Shown in pieces: positions 20,601-29,213 of a stretch of DNA of 64,000 nt. The translations under genes and the position numbers were made by a program. Positions within the stretch are counted from its first letter, which is position 1. Every line of letters begins with the position of its first letter. Under the pieces are notes generated by a model. It saw nothing but the letters and a program-made list of their open reading frames with translations. It did no database searches and was not told where the DNA came from. The stretch is taken from positions 25,573 through 89,572 of the forward strand of contig PLMQ01000018.1 of assembly GCA_003142535.1 (NCBI GenBank). The letters are read 5' to 3'. Origin of the DNA: Syntrophaceae bacterium (GTDB taxonomy: Bacteria > Desulfobacterota > Syntrophia > Syntrophales > Smithellaceae).

Positions 20601-21863
20601 AACTTCGTTATCCAACTCGTAGGCGGCACGGGCGTGTGCCGTGATCTCGTCTATCACCAAGTCGGCGTTGATAATTCGTCCGATAAACTTTCTACCGGAA
20701 CCGGTAGTACCAACACCGTGAAAAATAAAGTTGCAGTCATGGCGAATATTAATATCTTCAATACAGTCGAAAAGAGCCTGAACTGCTTGAACCGGCTGAC
20801 CTGATGTCCGGGTATAAATGCCAATAAGCACGTTATTTTTTTCATCGATCAGAACAGCTTTCGTGCTGGTGGAACCGATATCAATCCCTAAGTAAACTTC
20901 CTGCGGCTTTTTTAGCGTTGAATAAATATTAACCTCAATCATTGAGGAGTTGTTTTTCGGCTGGTAGTTGTAACTTTCGATACTGGTGAAATCGGGATAT
21001 TGTGATGAGGATAACTGTAGTGGTGGATATCCGTAAATTTTTTCTTTTTGCTCATCGATAAAGATTTCATCCCAGCTTTTAATCTTCATCAGCTGAGGCG
21101 CTGTTTCTTCCAGATAGAGCAGCGCTGCACCGATTGCACCGTAAAGATGACTATATTCGCCGATAATCGGTTCCGCTTTCAGCAGATTACGGAAGTGTTT
21201 AACAACCGCCTGATTCATCGATACGCCACCGGCAAGGATTAACGGCGTCCGAATATTTTGGTCGGGAATCAAAGTATCCAGAACATTTTTTGCAAGGCCT
21301 TCACAGAGGCCGTCGCTAATCTGGCCTATCGAATAACCTTCCTGCTGGGCATTGATTAAATCTGTTTTGGCAAATACAGCACAGCGCGTAGCTATTTTAG
21401 GTGGATTTTCCTTATTACAAAAAGCAATCATGCTGAGCGCATCAATGCTTTTTAAGTTAAGCCGTTTGGCCTGCTGATCAAGAAAGCTTCCCGTGCCGGC
21501 AGCACACGATGAATTGGAACGATAGCGTTCATAATCGCCTTGCTCGGTAAAAGTGATCATGCCGAAGTTTTCACCGCCAACTGAAAGTATACTGCCGACT
21601 TCACGGTGATATTGTTTTACAGCAGCAATAATAGCGATCTGGGTATCATACCGCGAAACGTTACGCATTACTTCCGGGCCGGATAAAGTCATGGCAATAC
21701 CGCCAATCCGGCTAATATCTATGCTTTTCAGCATCTCTTTGAGCGTTTCGCTGATTGCACCGCTGTGGAACTGGTATGATGAATGAACTACTGCTCCTTT
21801 CTCATCAACGAGCACCAAAGAGACGGCAACCGAACCGATATCTATTCCAACGATGTTCAACAT
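17670..21863 (-). CDS. 1397-aa fusion: two BcrAD/BadFG-type ATPase (activase) domains plus 2-hydroxyacyl-CoA-dehydratase-like / DUF2229-like C-terminal region
   Basis: Two acetate/sugar-kinase-fold modules (IVGIDIGSVAVSL..CAAGTGSFLDQQA and LGIDIGSTSTKAV..CAAGTGSFIEEQA). A Cys cluster (CELCHNSCK) follows, then a C-terminal region of about 750 aa. Confidence 0.75.
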   Translation of the reverse strand: MLNIVGIDIGSVAVSLVLVDEKGAVVHSSYQFHSGAISETLKEMLKSIDISRIGGIAMTLSGPEVMRNVSRYDTQIAIIAAVKQYHREVGSILSVGGENFGMITFTEQGDYERYRSNSSCAAGTGSFLDQQAKRLNLKSIDALSMIAFCNKENPPKIATRCAVFAKTDLINAQQEGYSIGQISDGLCEGLAKNVLDTLIPDQNIRTPLILAGGVSMNQAVVKHFRNLLKAEPIIGEYSHLYGAIGAALLYLEETAPQLMKIKSWDEIFIDEQKEKIYGYPPLQLSSSQYPDFTSIESYNYQPKNNSSMIEVNIYSTLKKPQEVYLGIDIGSTSTKAVLIDEKNNVLIGIYTRTSGQPVQAVQALFDCIEDINIRHDCNFIFHGVGTTGSGRKFIGRIINADLVIDEITAHARAAYELDNEVDTIIEIGGQDAKFTNMKNGMVTSSVMNNVCAAGTGSFIEEQAMKLGVSLTDYADRAINTPSPISSDRCTVFMERDINNYLTEGYTVDEVLASVLHSVCENYLAKVAMEANIGARICFQGATARNKALIAAFEHRLKKPIFVSQFCHLTGALGSALILAENRVKNSSFRGLTLHKEAIPVENEVCELCHNSCKINKVTVQGETVAFGFLCGRDYDTKHYVGNTKKQYDLLKERNKVFQVAKKSSSFKIPIKIGIPHALYLAEEMPLWQHFFNTLGVETITSDNFKNAIKNGKKIAGAEFCAPMNAFFGHVQYLADKCDYIFLPVYLEAKEPKRNAYRYYCYYTQFAATLAAGIKSLHLKNKAIMPVIDHNSFQSRIELFTLLKSILSSGYWEIYNAYESALSYYKERRGNLRNIYEREMLDKKDIHVALLGRPYSILQNTMNKGIPGIFSNLNIKTFYQDMLPYHKEDIAEIDPLLKRLHWNYAAKILKAALFTALTEGIYPVYVTSFKCSPDSFTIEYFKRIMDKYGKPYLILELDEHDSQVGYETRIEAAVRSFRNHYKNKSLRTMPEHSLPLNSESATKIKDKTLLIPGFDPLSAKLLEAVYIKEGIDARMVPLTEKIIQRGLRTNTGQCIPVNLIAQSYIDYIENNYLDPAQTAVWCFESHVACNIRMYPQMIKGLMEVVGNGMEKVDVYMGSISMNDISLQASIEAYFAHLFGGMLRKIGCKIRPYEKEKGMTDRVIAQALNIFYNTLLGGRNKDDDVAKVINLFKKIETVPGRRPKIAIFGDMYARDNDVFNQNLIHCIEEYGGEVITTPFNEFAKLIADPYIRRWFYEGEYMDVLMAKTVITLVNQLEKSYYKLFNELVNDQPLDADIDYMGIYKSFEVKVQQCGESMDNLLKIAALTKHYPDISLFVQTNPAFCCAGLITEAMAPRIEEYTGIPIVTLNYDGTGKNINQKIRPYIKFPRKRLLSSRIQF

Positions 21864-21873
21864 TTTTAATGAC

Positions 21874-22123
21874 CTTTAATCACGGGTATTATATCCCTGC
21901 TTATACGGGATAAATCGGCTAACCAATTCCGATGCACTTCGTTTCGGAATTTGAGTCTCATTGCCCTCCGCTTCGCGGGATAATTATATTGCCCCGCTTA
22001 GCTTTGCATGCGGGATTAATTCAACTTGCAGATATTACTACCCTGCGCTTGTAATATCTGAGTTTCATTAATTCAACTTACCAATTTCCCTACACTACGT
22101 TATGGAAATTTGAGTTTCACGAA
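21874..22123 (-). repeat. family-1 hairpin-module array, locus C (4-5 modules)
   Basis: Starts CTTTAATCACGGGTAT, the reverse complement of the end of locus A. Ends GAGTTTCACGAA, the reverse complement of the start of locus A. It begins 10 nt upstream of the start codon of the 1397-aa gene. Confidence 0.8.
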
Positions 22124-22175
22124 TGAAGGGACTTTGCTCCTAAATGGCACCAGTAAAAATGCAGTTATTGTTCTG

Positions 22176-22976
22176 TCAAAATGCAAATGCCGGTTCGGCA
22201 GATACTGTTTTCAGAAGTTCTTCCGCCGTGTACACCTGTGATGATTTGCCACTGACGGCAAGCCATACTCCGCCTTCCGCTCCGCAAACACCTCCCGCAG
22301 CAACTAATTGAGCATGGGCTCCGGTTAATGTAACTATGGCATCAAGTTCAGTAAAAACCTCACCCGGTACCGGTAAAAGACGAGGGCCCTGAACACCGGG
22401 TGCATTTATTTTTGCGGCTAAATCATCGACATCACCGCATACTCGCTTTTCCAATCCCACTGGTATAATCAGGCGCACTCGCCGACCAGCTACTGCCGGC
22501 AGTATAGCGCCGGAAGTTCCGGCCTGGGGATGCGCTATATATATTGCTGCGCGCTTTTTTGATAAATCGAGGGCGTTTGCACCCTTTAAAATTATGTCAC
22601 CTTCTTGGAGATTATTGGCAACGTCAAATATCGTTTTGCCCTTCTGCCATACACCATTAGTGATAACGACATCACATGGTAATGCGCTTGCCTGTGGAGC
22701 CTGCCCGGCAGTAGTTGCTAAATAGGATGGAGGCAGTGTAACTCCGCGAAAAAAACTTTTGCGGGAAAAGTTGTCCACCTGCCCGATTGCCGCCAATATT
22801 TCTTCAGCGACATAGCCATTAGTCGTACCGGCAATAATCACAATTGTTCCGGATTGCAGAACTTTTAAAATTTCGGGATGCTTGGCCAGTGCCTTACCGA
22901 TAAGCCTTTTTCCTGCCGAGGGTGTTACCAGAAATTGTTTCATAATAATAGACTCCTTTCCAATTGTCTGGTGCAT
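22176..22976 (-). CDS. conserved hypothetical protein (no family recognised)
   Basis: 266-aa ORF, Gly/Ala-rich and soluble, last gene of a three-gene minus-strand operon. The likely start is the internal MKQFLV at 22943. Confidence 0.5.
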   Translation of the reverse strand: MHQTIGKESIIMKQFLVTPSAGKRLIGKALAKHPEILKVLQSGTIVIIAGTTNGYVAEEILAAIGQVDNFSRKSFFRGVTLPPSYLATTAGQAPQASALPCDVVITNGVWQKGKTIFDVANNLQEGDIILKGANALDLSKKRAAIYIAHPQAGTSGAILPAVAGRRVRLIIPVGLEKRVCGDVDDLAAKINAPGVQGPRLLPVPGEVFTELDAIVTLTGAHAQLVAAGGVCGAEGGVWLAVSGKSSQVYTAEELLKTVSAEPAFAF

Positions 22977-22992
22977 TTTTACTTAGATCATA

Positions 22993-24045
22993 TTACTTAG
23001 CAATCACAGCTGTTAATTCAATTTCGAACAACAAATCTTCCCGGCAAACATCGACATCGAGTTGAAATATTGTCCGGTCGACAGGAAATTTATGTTCATC
23101 AAGAATACGCATACATGTGCTGAAATCGCCATGTCTTTTTAGATATATTACAGACTGGGCAATGTTCGCATAATTCGCGTTAACAGTATCGAGAATTGCC
23201 TTTACCACATTTAGAGTGAATTCCATTTGCCGTTGGAAATTTCCGATATGTATGCTTGATCCCGCTTTGTCGATTGCGGCGGTGCCGCTAATGAATAATA
23301 ATATGTTATTGGAAAACTGAACAGCCACGGCACGGCTGAATAGTTTGCTATAAGCCGTTGGCTCGTTCTGCAAAGGGGATGATAGTTGTTTAATTGTAAT
23401 ATTGTTTCCGGAAAAAGCACAAAATTCAACAGCCAACGCTTCATTGCCGATCATGTGCCCTTGAATTCCGGTGCTTGCGGGTATGAAATGATTTGCGGCA
23501 GAATACCATTTTGCAAAAAATTGTTCTCTTGCCGTATTTAATTTTTTATAATCCTTCAATATATTATTCATGAAGAGCCAGGTGCGGGCAATCGCCGATT
23601 CCTGCATTGGAAAGCCCTGCAGGGTTTCGCTGATTTTATTGAATGCAGCAATAAACGAACGGCTGTTTCCCCCCTGCTTACTGAATATCGGGGCGCTGTA
23701 TAAAATATTTACTCCGTCTGATGTTATTTTTATTGCCTTATTGTTTTTTTCGGCTTTTGATTTTCCCTTTTCTAGTTGCGCGATTACAGATGAATATTGA
23801 GCAGGAAGGTCAGGGTGGCCTATGAATATTATCGGTGTATTTGATTGTAAAGAAGCAACTGATCCAGCCGAAAAAGAAGTGGCCTTCGCTGCAAGATGCG
23901 GCGGAACAATAATTTTTTCCTGCAAAACATAGTCTTCCCGGAGAATGTCGGCAACAAAAGGATCCCCAATTTCCCCAGTGTAATTATTTATGGTCAGGAA
24001 TTGAAGGCTGAAGGAATCTTCCTTGAGAATTACTCGTTGACTCAT
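22993..24045 (-). CDS. RidA/YjgF-fold protein resembling FkbO/Hyg5-family chorismatases
   Basis: 350 aa. Central ARTWLFMNNILKDYKKLNTAREQFF and the C-terminal RidA-like segment (ISGTAAID..., CREDLLFEIELTAV) recall the chorismatase pattern. This assignment is from memory and has not been searched. Confidence 0.4.
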   Translation of the reverse strand: MSQRVILKEDSFSLQFLTINNYTGEIGDPFVADILREDYVLQEKIIVPPHLAAKATSFSAGSVASLQSNTPIIFIGHPDLPAQYSSVIAQLEKGKSKAEKNNKAIKITSDGVNILYSAPIFSKQGGNSRSFIAAFNKISETLQGFPMQESAIARTWLFMNNILKDYKKLNTAREQFFAKWYSAANHFIPASTGIQGHMIGNEALAVEFCAFSGNNITIKQLSSPLQNEPTAYSKLFSRAVAVQFSNNILLFISGTAAIDKAGSSIHIGNFQRQMEFTLNVVKAILDTVNANYANIAQSVIYLKRHGDFSTCMRILDEHKFPVDRTIFQLDVDVCREDLLFEIELTAVIAK

Positions 24046-24048
24046 TAT

Positions 24049-25380
24049 TTATGTCCTTGAAAAATGAGCAAAGCTGCCGAGATGTCCAGTAAAACAGCAA
24101 TCCGTATCGTAACCCTCAATTTTTTGCTCGCTGATAAAATGACCCGTGTCAATGTCGGCTATTTTAAAATAGCCGGTACCGGCAATAAATAAAGCGTTTC
24201 CATCTTTCGACGCGGCAATGCCGTAGCTGTCATGATTGCAGATATGGGGGATCTGTGAGGTCTCGACATTTTCGCCGGGATCCATTTCAATGGTCTTATA
24301 AAGTTTCATTGTGGCAGCGTCAATCAGGAATACGGTATTGGGATAGCCGCTGACACCGATTAAAATTTTTCTCCGATGGCGAAAGACGATATGGGTGGTA
24401 ATTCGATGAAAATGGGGATGCGAAAATTCTCCCGCCAATTCCGGACCGGTTTTTTTCAGCCGAATTTTTTTTATAGTGCCGGAACCGAATATGCCTACCT
24501 TGGCTCCAATCAGACCGATATTGTGCCCCGAGAGATAACAAATTTCCTGATCTTCGGGATCGAATTCCACATGGCCCGCTGTCGGCATCGGCAGTCGCCA
24601 CTCACCGCCTGTCTTCAAATTCAGAACGAGTATTTCTGAGGGAACCAATCCACTTTCCAGCACCTGTCTCCAGGCTGAAGGGGTTTGATCCGGCGATTTG
24701 GCAGGAATAGTTTCCTCCAGTCGCAGGCCAAGTTCAGTCAGAATCAAGAAACAACGATCAGGGCTCAGCGACAACTGGTGCAGAGAATCTCCCAAATCCC
24801 CCTGCCAAACCTTCTCGACATGATTGTTCTGAACCGAAAGCTTCCATATAGTTACATGGACATTTTCCCGCGGATTATTAATTCGCCTAACTGTTTCTTC
24901 TAAAGGCCAGGAGGCAAACCACAATTCGCCAGTCTTTTGATCAAACCAGTTAGTGGTGGACAGCATTGCATTGCCAACTCCGGGATCAACTAATTGAGCG
25001 GATCGCAAATTGAAATCTATGTGCAGGAAGCGGTTAAATAAATTAAGCCCCACTTGAATTTTCCCATCATTCAGAGGAAGATAGCTGTGCGGCGCCACAC
25101 AATATTCCCACCACTGAGACTCTGATTGTCCATAAGGGAATTTATTATAATCTATCGACCATTTGTTTTTGGCTTCTGCGAAATCTGGTTTGCAGTTACC
25201 TTCTGCGCCTTTCAGGTCTACTTGCAGAGAAATGGCTGATTGTTTGGATGCCGGGAAATAATAGTGAGTTTGCGCCATTTTCCCTTTATGTAAAGATGGG
25301 CTTATAATATCCGGAAAACAAAAACCATCTAAAGAAAAGGGTTGTTCGCTGTTCGCCACGGTCAGATTAGTATATTTCAT
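24049..25380 (-). CDS. hypothetical protein, probably beta-propeller fold
   Basis: 443 aa with repeated beta-strand-rich segments and no recognisable catalytic motif. It ends 3 nt before the start of the next gene. Confidence 0.4.
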   Translation of the reverse strand: MKYTNLTVANSEQPFSLDGFCFPDIISPSLHKGKMAQTHYYFPASKQSAISLQVDLKGAEGNCKPDFAEAKNKWSIDYNKFPYGQSESQWWEYCVAPHSYLPLNDGKIQVGLNLFNRFLHIDFNLRSAQLVDPGVGNAMLSTTNWFDQKTGELWFASWPLEETVRRINNPRENVHVTIWKLSVQNNHVEKVWQGDLGDSLHQLSLSPDRCFLILTELGLRLEETIPAKSPDQTPSAWRQVLESGLVPSEILVLNLKTGGEWRLPMPTAGHVEFDPEDQEICYLSGHNIGLIGAKVGIFGSGTIKKIRLKKTGPELAGEFSHPHFHRITTHIVFRHRRKILIGVSGYPNTVFLIDAATMKLYKTIEMDPGENVETSQIPHICNHDSYGIAASKDGNALFIAGTGYFKIADIDTGHFISEQKIEGYDTDCCFTGHLGSFAHFSRT

Positions 25381-25529
25381 AAAAACTACTCTATGCTAGT
25401 GGAGCCCCCTCCGGCAGGAGCCGGAGGCTACTAAAACAACGCGACCTCCCGCAGATTACAGCGCTTTCTTTCCCGGTCGGAACCGGGGGATTTCAAGTCG
25501 CGGGATTAATTTTATGATATGTATTATCA

Positions 25530-26396
25530 TCAATTCAAAATTTTGTCCGGCAATATAAAATAATTTCCAAAAAATAAATTATAATTATCTGGAGTGAAAG
25601 GTATTAATCCGCCATCCGGATAAAATGTTAATTCGCCGAATATTATTTGATCTTTTACCAAGTATAAATCAACCCGCACAAAGGGGAACCCCTTGCATAA
25701 TTTTTTGGCAACAGCAATCATAGCGTCAAAAGTATTCGGCTTTTCTATTATAAGGTCGCTGCAGGGCTTACCTTTGTATGCATATATCCTGTTCCAATTC
25801 ATATCATATGCATTATACTTTAATCCTCCGGCGCTAAATCGGCCGGTACAGACAAATAATACTTCTGGCTTATTATTGTAGCAGTAAATTTTATAATCTA
25901 TGAGTTCATTAAATTCCTCATTCTCCAGGTACTTTTCACAGATCAGGCGCGGTTTAATATTTTTGTACGCCCATTCTCGACCGGCATAAAAATAGTTTGT
26001 CTTTAGCCATTTATTCATTGTGCGGCAGCATTTATCCCAATTGAGATTATTCTTGTCTTTGCATATTATATTCATGCCGCAGCTGTGAGTGGCCTTTAAT
26101 ACAAAACTTTTTGGCAGCCTGGAAAAGTCGATTTCATCTACTCTGTCATAAACGCCATACAATTTATTTAATATTGCGGCAAGCCCATTGCCCTCGATGT
26201 ATTTTCTAACGGCAAATTTGTCGGTTAAATCTGTCATTAACGGGTCGCGATAATAGAGCTTATACCATTGAATTTTTTCATCAAAGGTCTGGGGGGTATC
26301 TAAATTGGGCAAGCATCCATAAACTTTTAAATATCGCAAACGTATCAATAATTTATCCGGCAATATTCTCAAAAGTTTCCACAGTATTCGTTTCAT
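25530..26396 (-). CDS. ATP-grasp-fold amidoligase family protein (TupA-like)
   Basis: The N-terminus (LRYLKVYGCLPNLDTPQTFDEKIQWYKLYYRDPLMT) is characteristic of TupA-like glycan-modifying ATP-grasp proteins. Confidence 0.7.
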   Translation of the reverse strand: MKRILWKLLRILPDKLLIRLRYLKVYGCLPNLDTPQTFDEKIQWYKLYYRDPLMTDLTDKFAVRKYIEGNGLAAILNKLYGVYDRVDEIDFSRLPKSFVLKATHSCGMNIICKDKNNLNWDKCCRTMNKWLKTNYFYAGREWAYKNIKPRLICEKYLENEEFNELIDYKIYCYNNKPEVLFVCTGRFSAGGLKYNAYDMNWNRIYAYKGKPCSDLIIEKPNTFDAMIAVAKKLCKGFPFVRVDLYLVKDQIIFGELTFYPDGGLIPFTPDNYNLFFGNYFILPDKILN

Positions 26397-26567
26397 TTTA
26401 TAACCAATAATATTTATGCATCGGCAAATTCTTTTTTTTGCACGTTGCTCACTTGTCTACTAACTTTAGTGAGCTCTTTAATAAAAAAAGCAATCATAGG
26501 CGCTCGAAGGGATTAAATCTCCCACGGCAATGCGGAATTGCCATCCGGTGAAGCGCCTAGTTAAGTA

Positions 26568-27623
26568 CTATTTTTTATTGTATAATATCCTGTCAATAAT
26601 GTGCTTAAGCGCAGGAGGAAATAACCTCTTAATTCTGTGCTTAAGCACAGAGGGAATTGAAGAAATTAACCGTCTTTTTCCGCCTCTCTTGAGCCAATTC
26701 CCCTCTCTTTTCGTGGCCAAATAATTATTACAAGTAGCACAAGGAATATCATCTCTCGTTCCTTGTCTACCCATAAGCATATCTCTGGCGTAATTAATCT
26801 TTTCATTATTGAGACATTCAAAAAGACCATCGGTAAAGACATTCCCACCAAAATCTCCCCAAAAGTTTTCAGAACACCCCAGCACTTTTCCGTCCCAGTT
26901 TATTTGTGGTTGTTCCCACAATTCATGGCAGGTTCCCTGCATATAGGAGTCTACCCCATATTTTTCTTTGTATTCTTTCCATGAAATAGCACCATGTTCT
27001 TTTCTGATGGCTTCTCGCTTCCGGACAGGTGAAAATTCAGCATCCCATGATAGTTTCGAGTAGAAATACATATTAAGTTCGTCAGCCAAATTTCTTGCTG
27101 TTGGCAATTCATGCTCGTTGTGTCCAAAGATTACGAACTGCCATGACAACAAGGGATATTTTGACTGATACTGCTGCTTGAAAAAATTTATCTTCTTTAT
27201 GTTTTCAATTACTACATCATAGTTTCCGTTGATTCGATACCGTTTATAAGTTTCATTAGTTACACCATCTATAGAAACAGTCATAGTTCGAAACTTGTAT
27301 TTAACTAATCCCTCCAACACTTCTTTATCGACATTATTAAGATTTACACCATTATTAGCAGTTAAAACAACTCTCCGCTCATATGCGTACTTCATAATTT
27401 CCAATAGATCAGGATTTAGAAATATCTCGCCAAAGTTAGAAAGTTCGATTTCTGTAATCCATGGATTTTCATCAAGAAGCTTTTGAAAATCGCTCAACCG
27501 AAGGAAACCACTTCCTACAATTGGTAAGATCGCTTTACTGGCATTCGGACAAGAATAACACCTCAGCTGACATACTGATGATGCTTCGAGTCTAATCTTT
27601 TTATGTCTTATTTGCTTTGACAT
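26568..27623 (-). CDS. radical SAM protein with C-terminal Cys-rich (SPASM/twitch-like) extension
   Basis: CxxxCxxC motif (CQLRCYSC) near the N-terminus, and downstream Cys residues (CHELW...GCSENFWG...CATC). Confidence 0.7.
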   Translation of the reverse strand: MSKQIRHKKIRLEASSVCQLRCYSCPNASKAILPIVGSGFLRLSDFQKLLDENPWITEIELSNFGEIFLNPDLLEIMKYAYERRVVLTANNGVNLNNVDKEVLEGLVKYKFRTMTVSIDGVTNETYKRYRINGNYDVVIENIKKINFFKQQYQSKYPLLSWQFVIFGHNEHELPTARNLADELNMYFYSKLSWDAEFSPVRKREAIRKEHGAISWKEYKEKYGVDSYMQGTCHELWEQPQINWDGKVLGCSENFWGDFGGNVFTDGLFECLNNEKINYARDMLMGRQGTRDDIPCATCNNYLATKREGNWLKRGGKRRLISSIPSVLKHRIKRLFPPALKHIIDRILYNKK

Positions 27624-27905
27624 AAATTACCACCATAAAAATCGATGGGTATAATCACACCATCAGAAACAACAACCTGCAAATGACACCTAATAAATTA
27701 TTTATCATGATCGCTAAGAAAAAAATCATTTATTTCGGATTGAAATCCAGCATATCCATTGATGTTGTCGATTTGCGGCTTTCAGGAAGTTGTCAATAAA
27801 GAAAGCCCCATTAAAAATTTCATGATTGCCATCCGCCGGATTTACTATCTGAAGAGGTATAGTCACTAACTATTACTTATAAACTTGACACCTGACATCT
27901 TACTC

Positions 27906-29126
27906 TTATATGTACTCGGTTTCATGTACGTTATTCAGGATTCTATCCAGATAATTCTCAAATATCGGGCCGTTAAATACCTGGTGATAGTCAAGCCCTG
28001 GAAATAAAAGGTTATACTCGATCAGGACATATTTATTAACCTTATCCACTCCAAAATCCCAAGCCACTAAATCAAAGTGTGGAAGGCGTTCGTGGCCTTG
28101 AACGATGATCTTTTCTAGCTTGCCAAAATTCGGAAGGGCTATGTTCTTAAATGGTTTGCGGGTAAAGGGATGTTCAAATACCTTATTGAATTTGTGATCA
28201 TATCCAAATTCAGTGATATTACCATTTTTATCAACTCCGCACACCACGCCTTCAGCCCCTGTATTATCAACATAGTTTCTATTATTGCCAAATTTCATTA
28301 AATTGGAAAGGACTATAATTTTGTCTTCATACCTTAAACTCATAGACCGTATGCAGTTAACAGAATACGGATACATATCAGAAAGAATTAAGGATTGATC
28401 TATGCTTTCCTGTATTATGAATTCTCCTTTGTATGAAGATTTCAATTTATTAATATCCTGTAAGACGTCATCTACAAATATTTTGCCACCCCTTATTTTA
28501 CATTTCTTGATATTTTTCCCTGAACCCGAATCAATAGTCGGTTTGATAAAATAATCTACTTCTTTATCTGTTAAACTCTTTGAGTAGTTTCCAATATTTA
28601 ACAAATTATAATTAGCATCATGAAGGTTCCCGTGCATGCATCTCAGCACGGTCTTCGGCATTGTTATGCCTTGCATAAAAACATCGTACATATTTTTATC
28701 ATTATATGCCTGGGCCAGAATAAAATTGTTTAATGAAGGCATTATATAGTTTAAAAAAATATCTTCGGGAATGTATCTGCTGCTGTGTATGTTGTTCAAT
28801 GCCGCACAGAAGGCATTCCTTTTAGGATTTAGTCTTAGATTGTATTTTCGCCAATATTTTTTCGCTTCAGTTATTGATGGATGGTTAAGGTCCAGGACTG
28901 CAGACGTGCTTTTATATATACGATTTACTTGTTTGTTCCAATTTAATGTCCTGTTCCATCTTCTCAGGGAACGATCAATTTTTTTAAGTTGAAGTATGAT
29001 TCTTTTTTTCAATTTGTACCAGCACTTTCTTGTATGGTTATTTGTTACCGCAATCATACTAAAGTCTCCGCTTGAAGGCGAGGGTTTTCTCCCAATCCAG
29101 GAGGGGGATAATAAATCCGTCGTCAA
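27906..29126 (-). CDS. ATP-grasp-like protein (sugar-transfer-associated type)
   Basis: 406-aa ORF with an ATP-grasp-like core (FIKPTIDSGSGKNI, FIIQESIDQ). The true start is probably an internal Met, since the ORF abuts the divergent GT2 ORF with zero spacing. Confidence 0.5.
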   Translation of the reverse strand: MTTDLLSPSWIGRKPSPSSGDFSMIAVTNNHTRKCWYKLKKRIILQLKKIDRSLRRWNRTLNWNKQVNRIYKSTSAVLDLNHPSITEAKKYWRKYNLRLNPKRNAFCAALNNIHSSRYIPEDIFLNYIMPSLNNFILAQAYNDKNMYDVFMQGITMPKTVLRCMHGNLHDANYNLLNIGNYSKSLTDKEVDYFIKPTIDSGSGKNIKKCKIRGGKIFVDDVLQDINKLKSSYKGEFIIQESIDQSLILSDMYPYSVNCIRSMSLRYEDKIIVLSNLMKFGNNRNYVDNTGAEGVVCGVDKNGNITEFGYDHKFNKVFEHPFTRKPFKNIALPNFGKLEKIIVQGHERLPHFDLVAWDFGVDKVNKYVLIEYNLLFPGLDYHQVFNGPIFENYLDRILNNVHETEYI

Positions 29127-29213
29127 ATGATGGCATATTTTTTATTTCAGATTAATTTTATTATTATTGCTATAATTATAATAAGTTTAATAATACTAAT
29201 CGGAGAATACATA

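Noticed and set aside
26397-26567. Short peptides (26 aa MIAFFIKELTKVSRQVSNVQKKEFADA and a 16-aa ORF) as possible RiPP precursors for the radical SAM/ATP-grasp genes
   Set aside because: They have no RBS, no Cys/Ser/Thr-rich core and no conservation I can assess. The ATP-grasp proteins look like glycan-modifying TupA-type enzymes rather than RiPP enzymes.
27624-27905. Possible gene remnant (minus-strand frame ...IVNPADGNHEIFNGAFFIDNFLKAANRQ...)
   Set aside because: It spans only about 40 codons, has no start and an immediate stop, and I cannot tie it to a family. The evidence is too weak to call a pseudogene.
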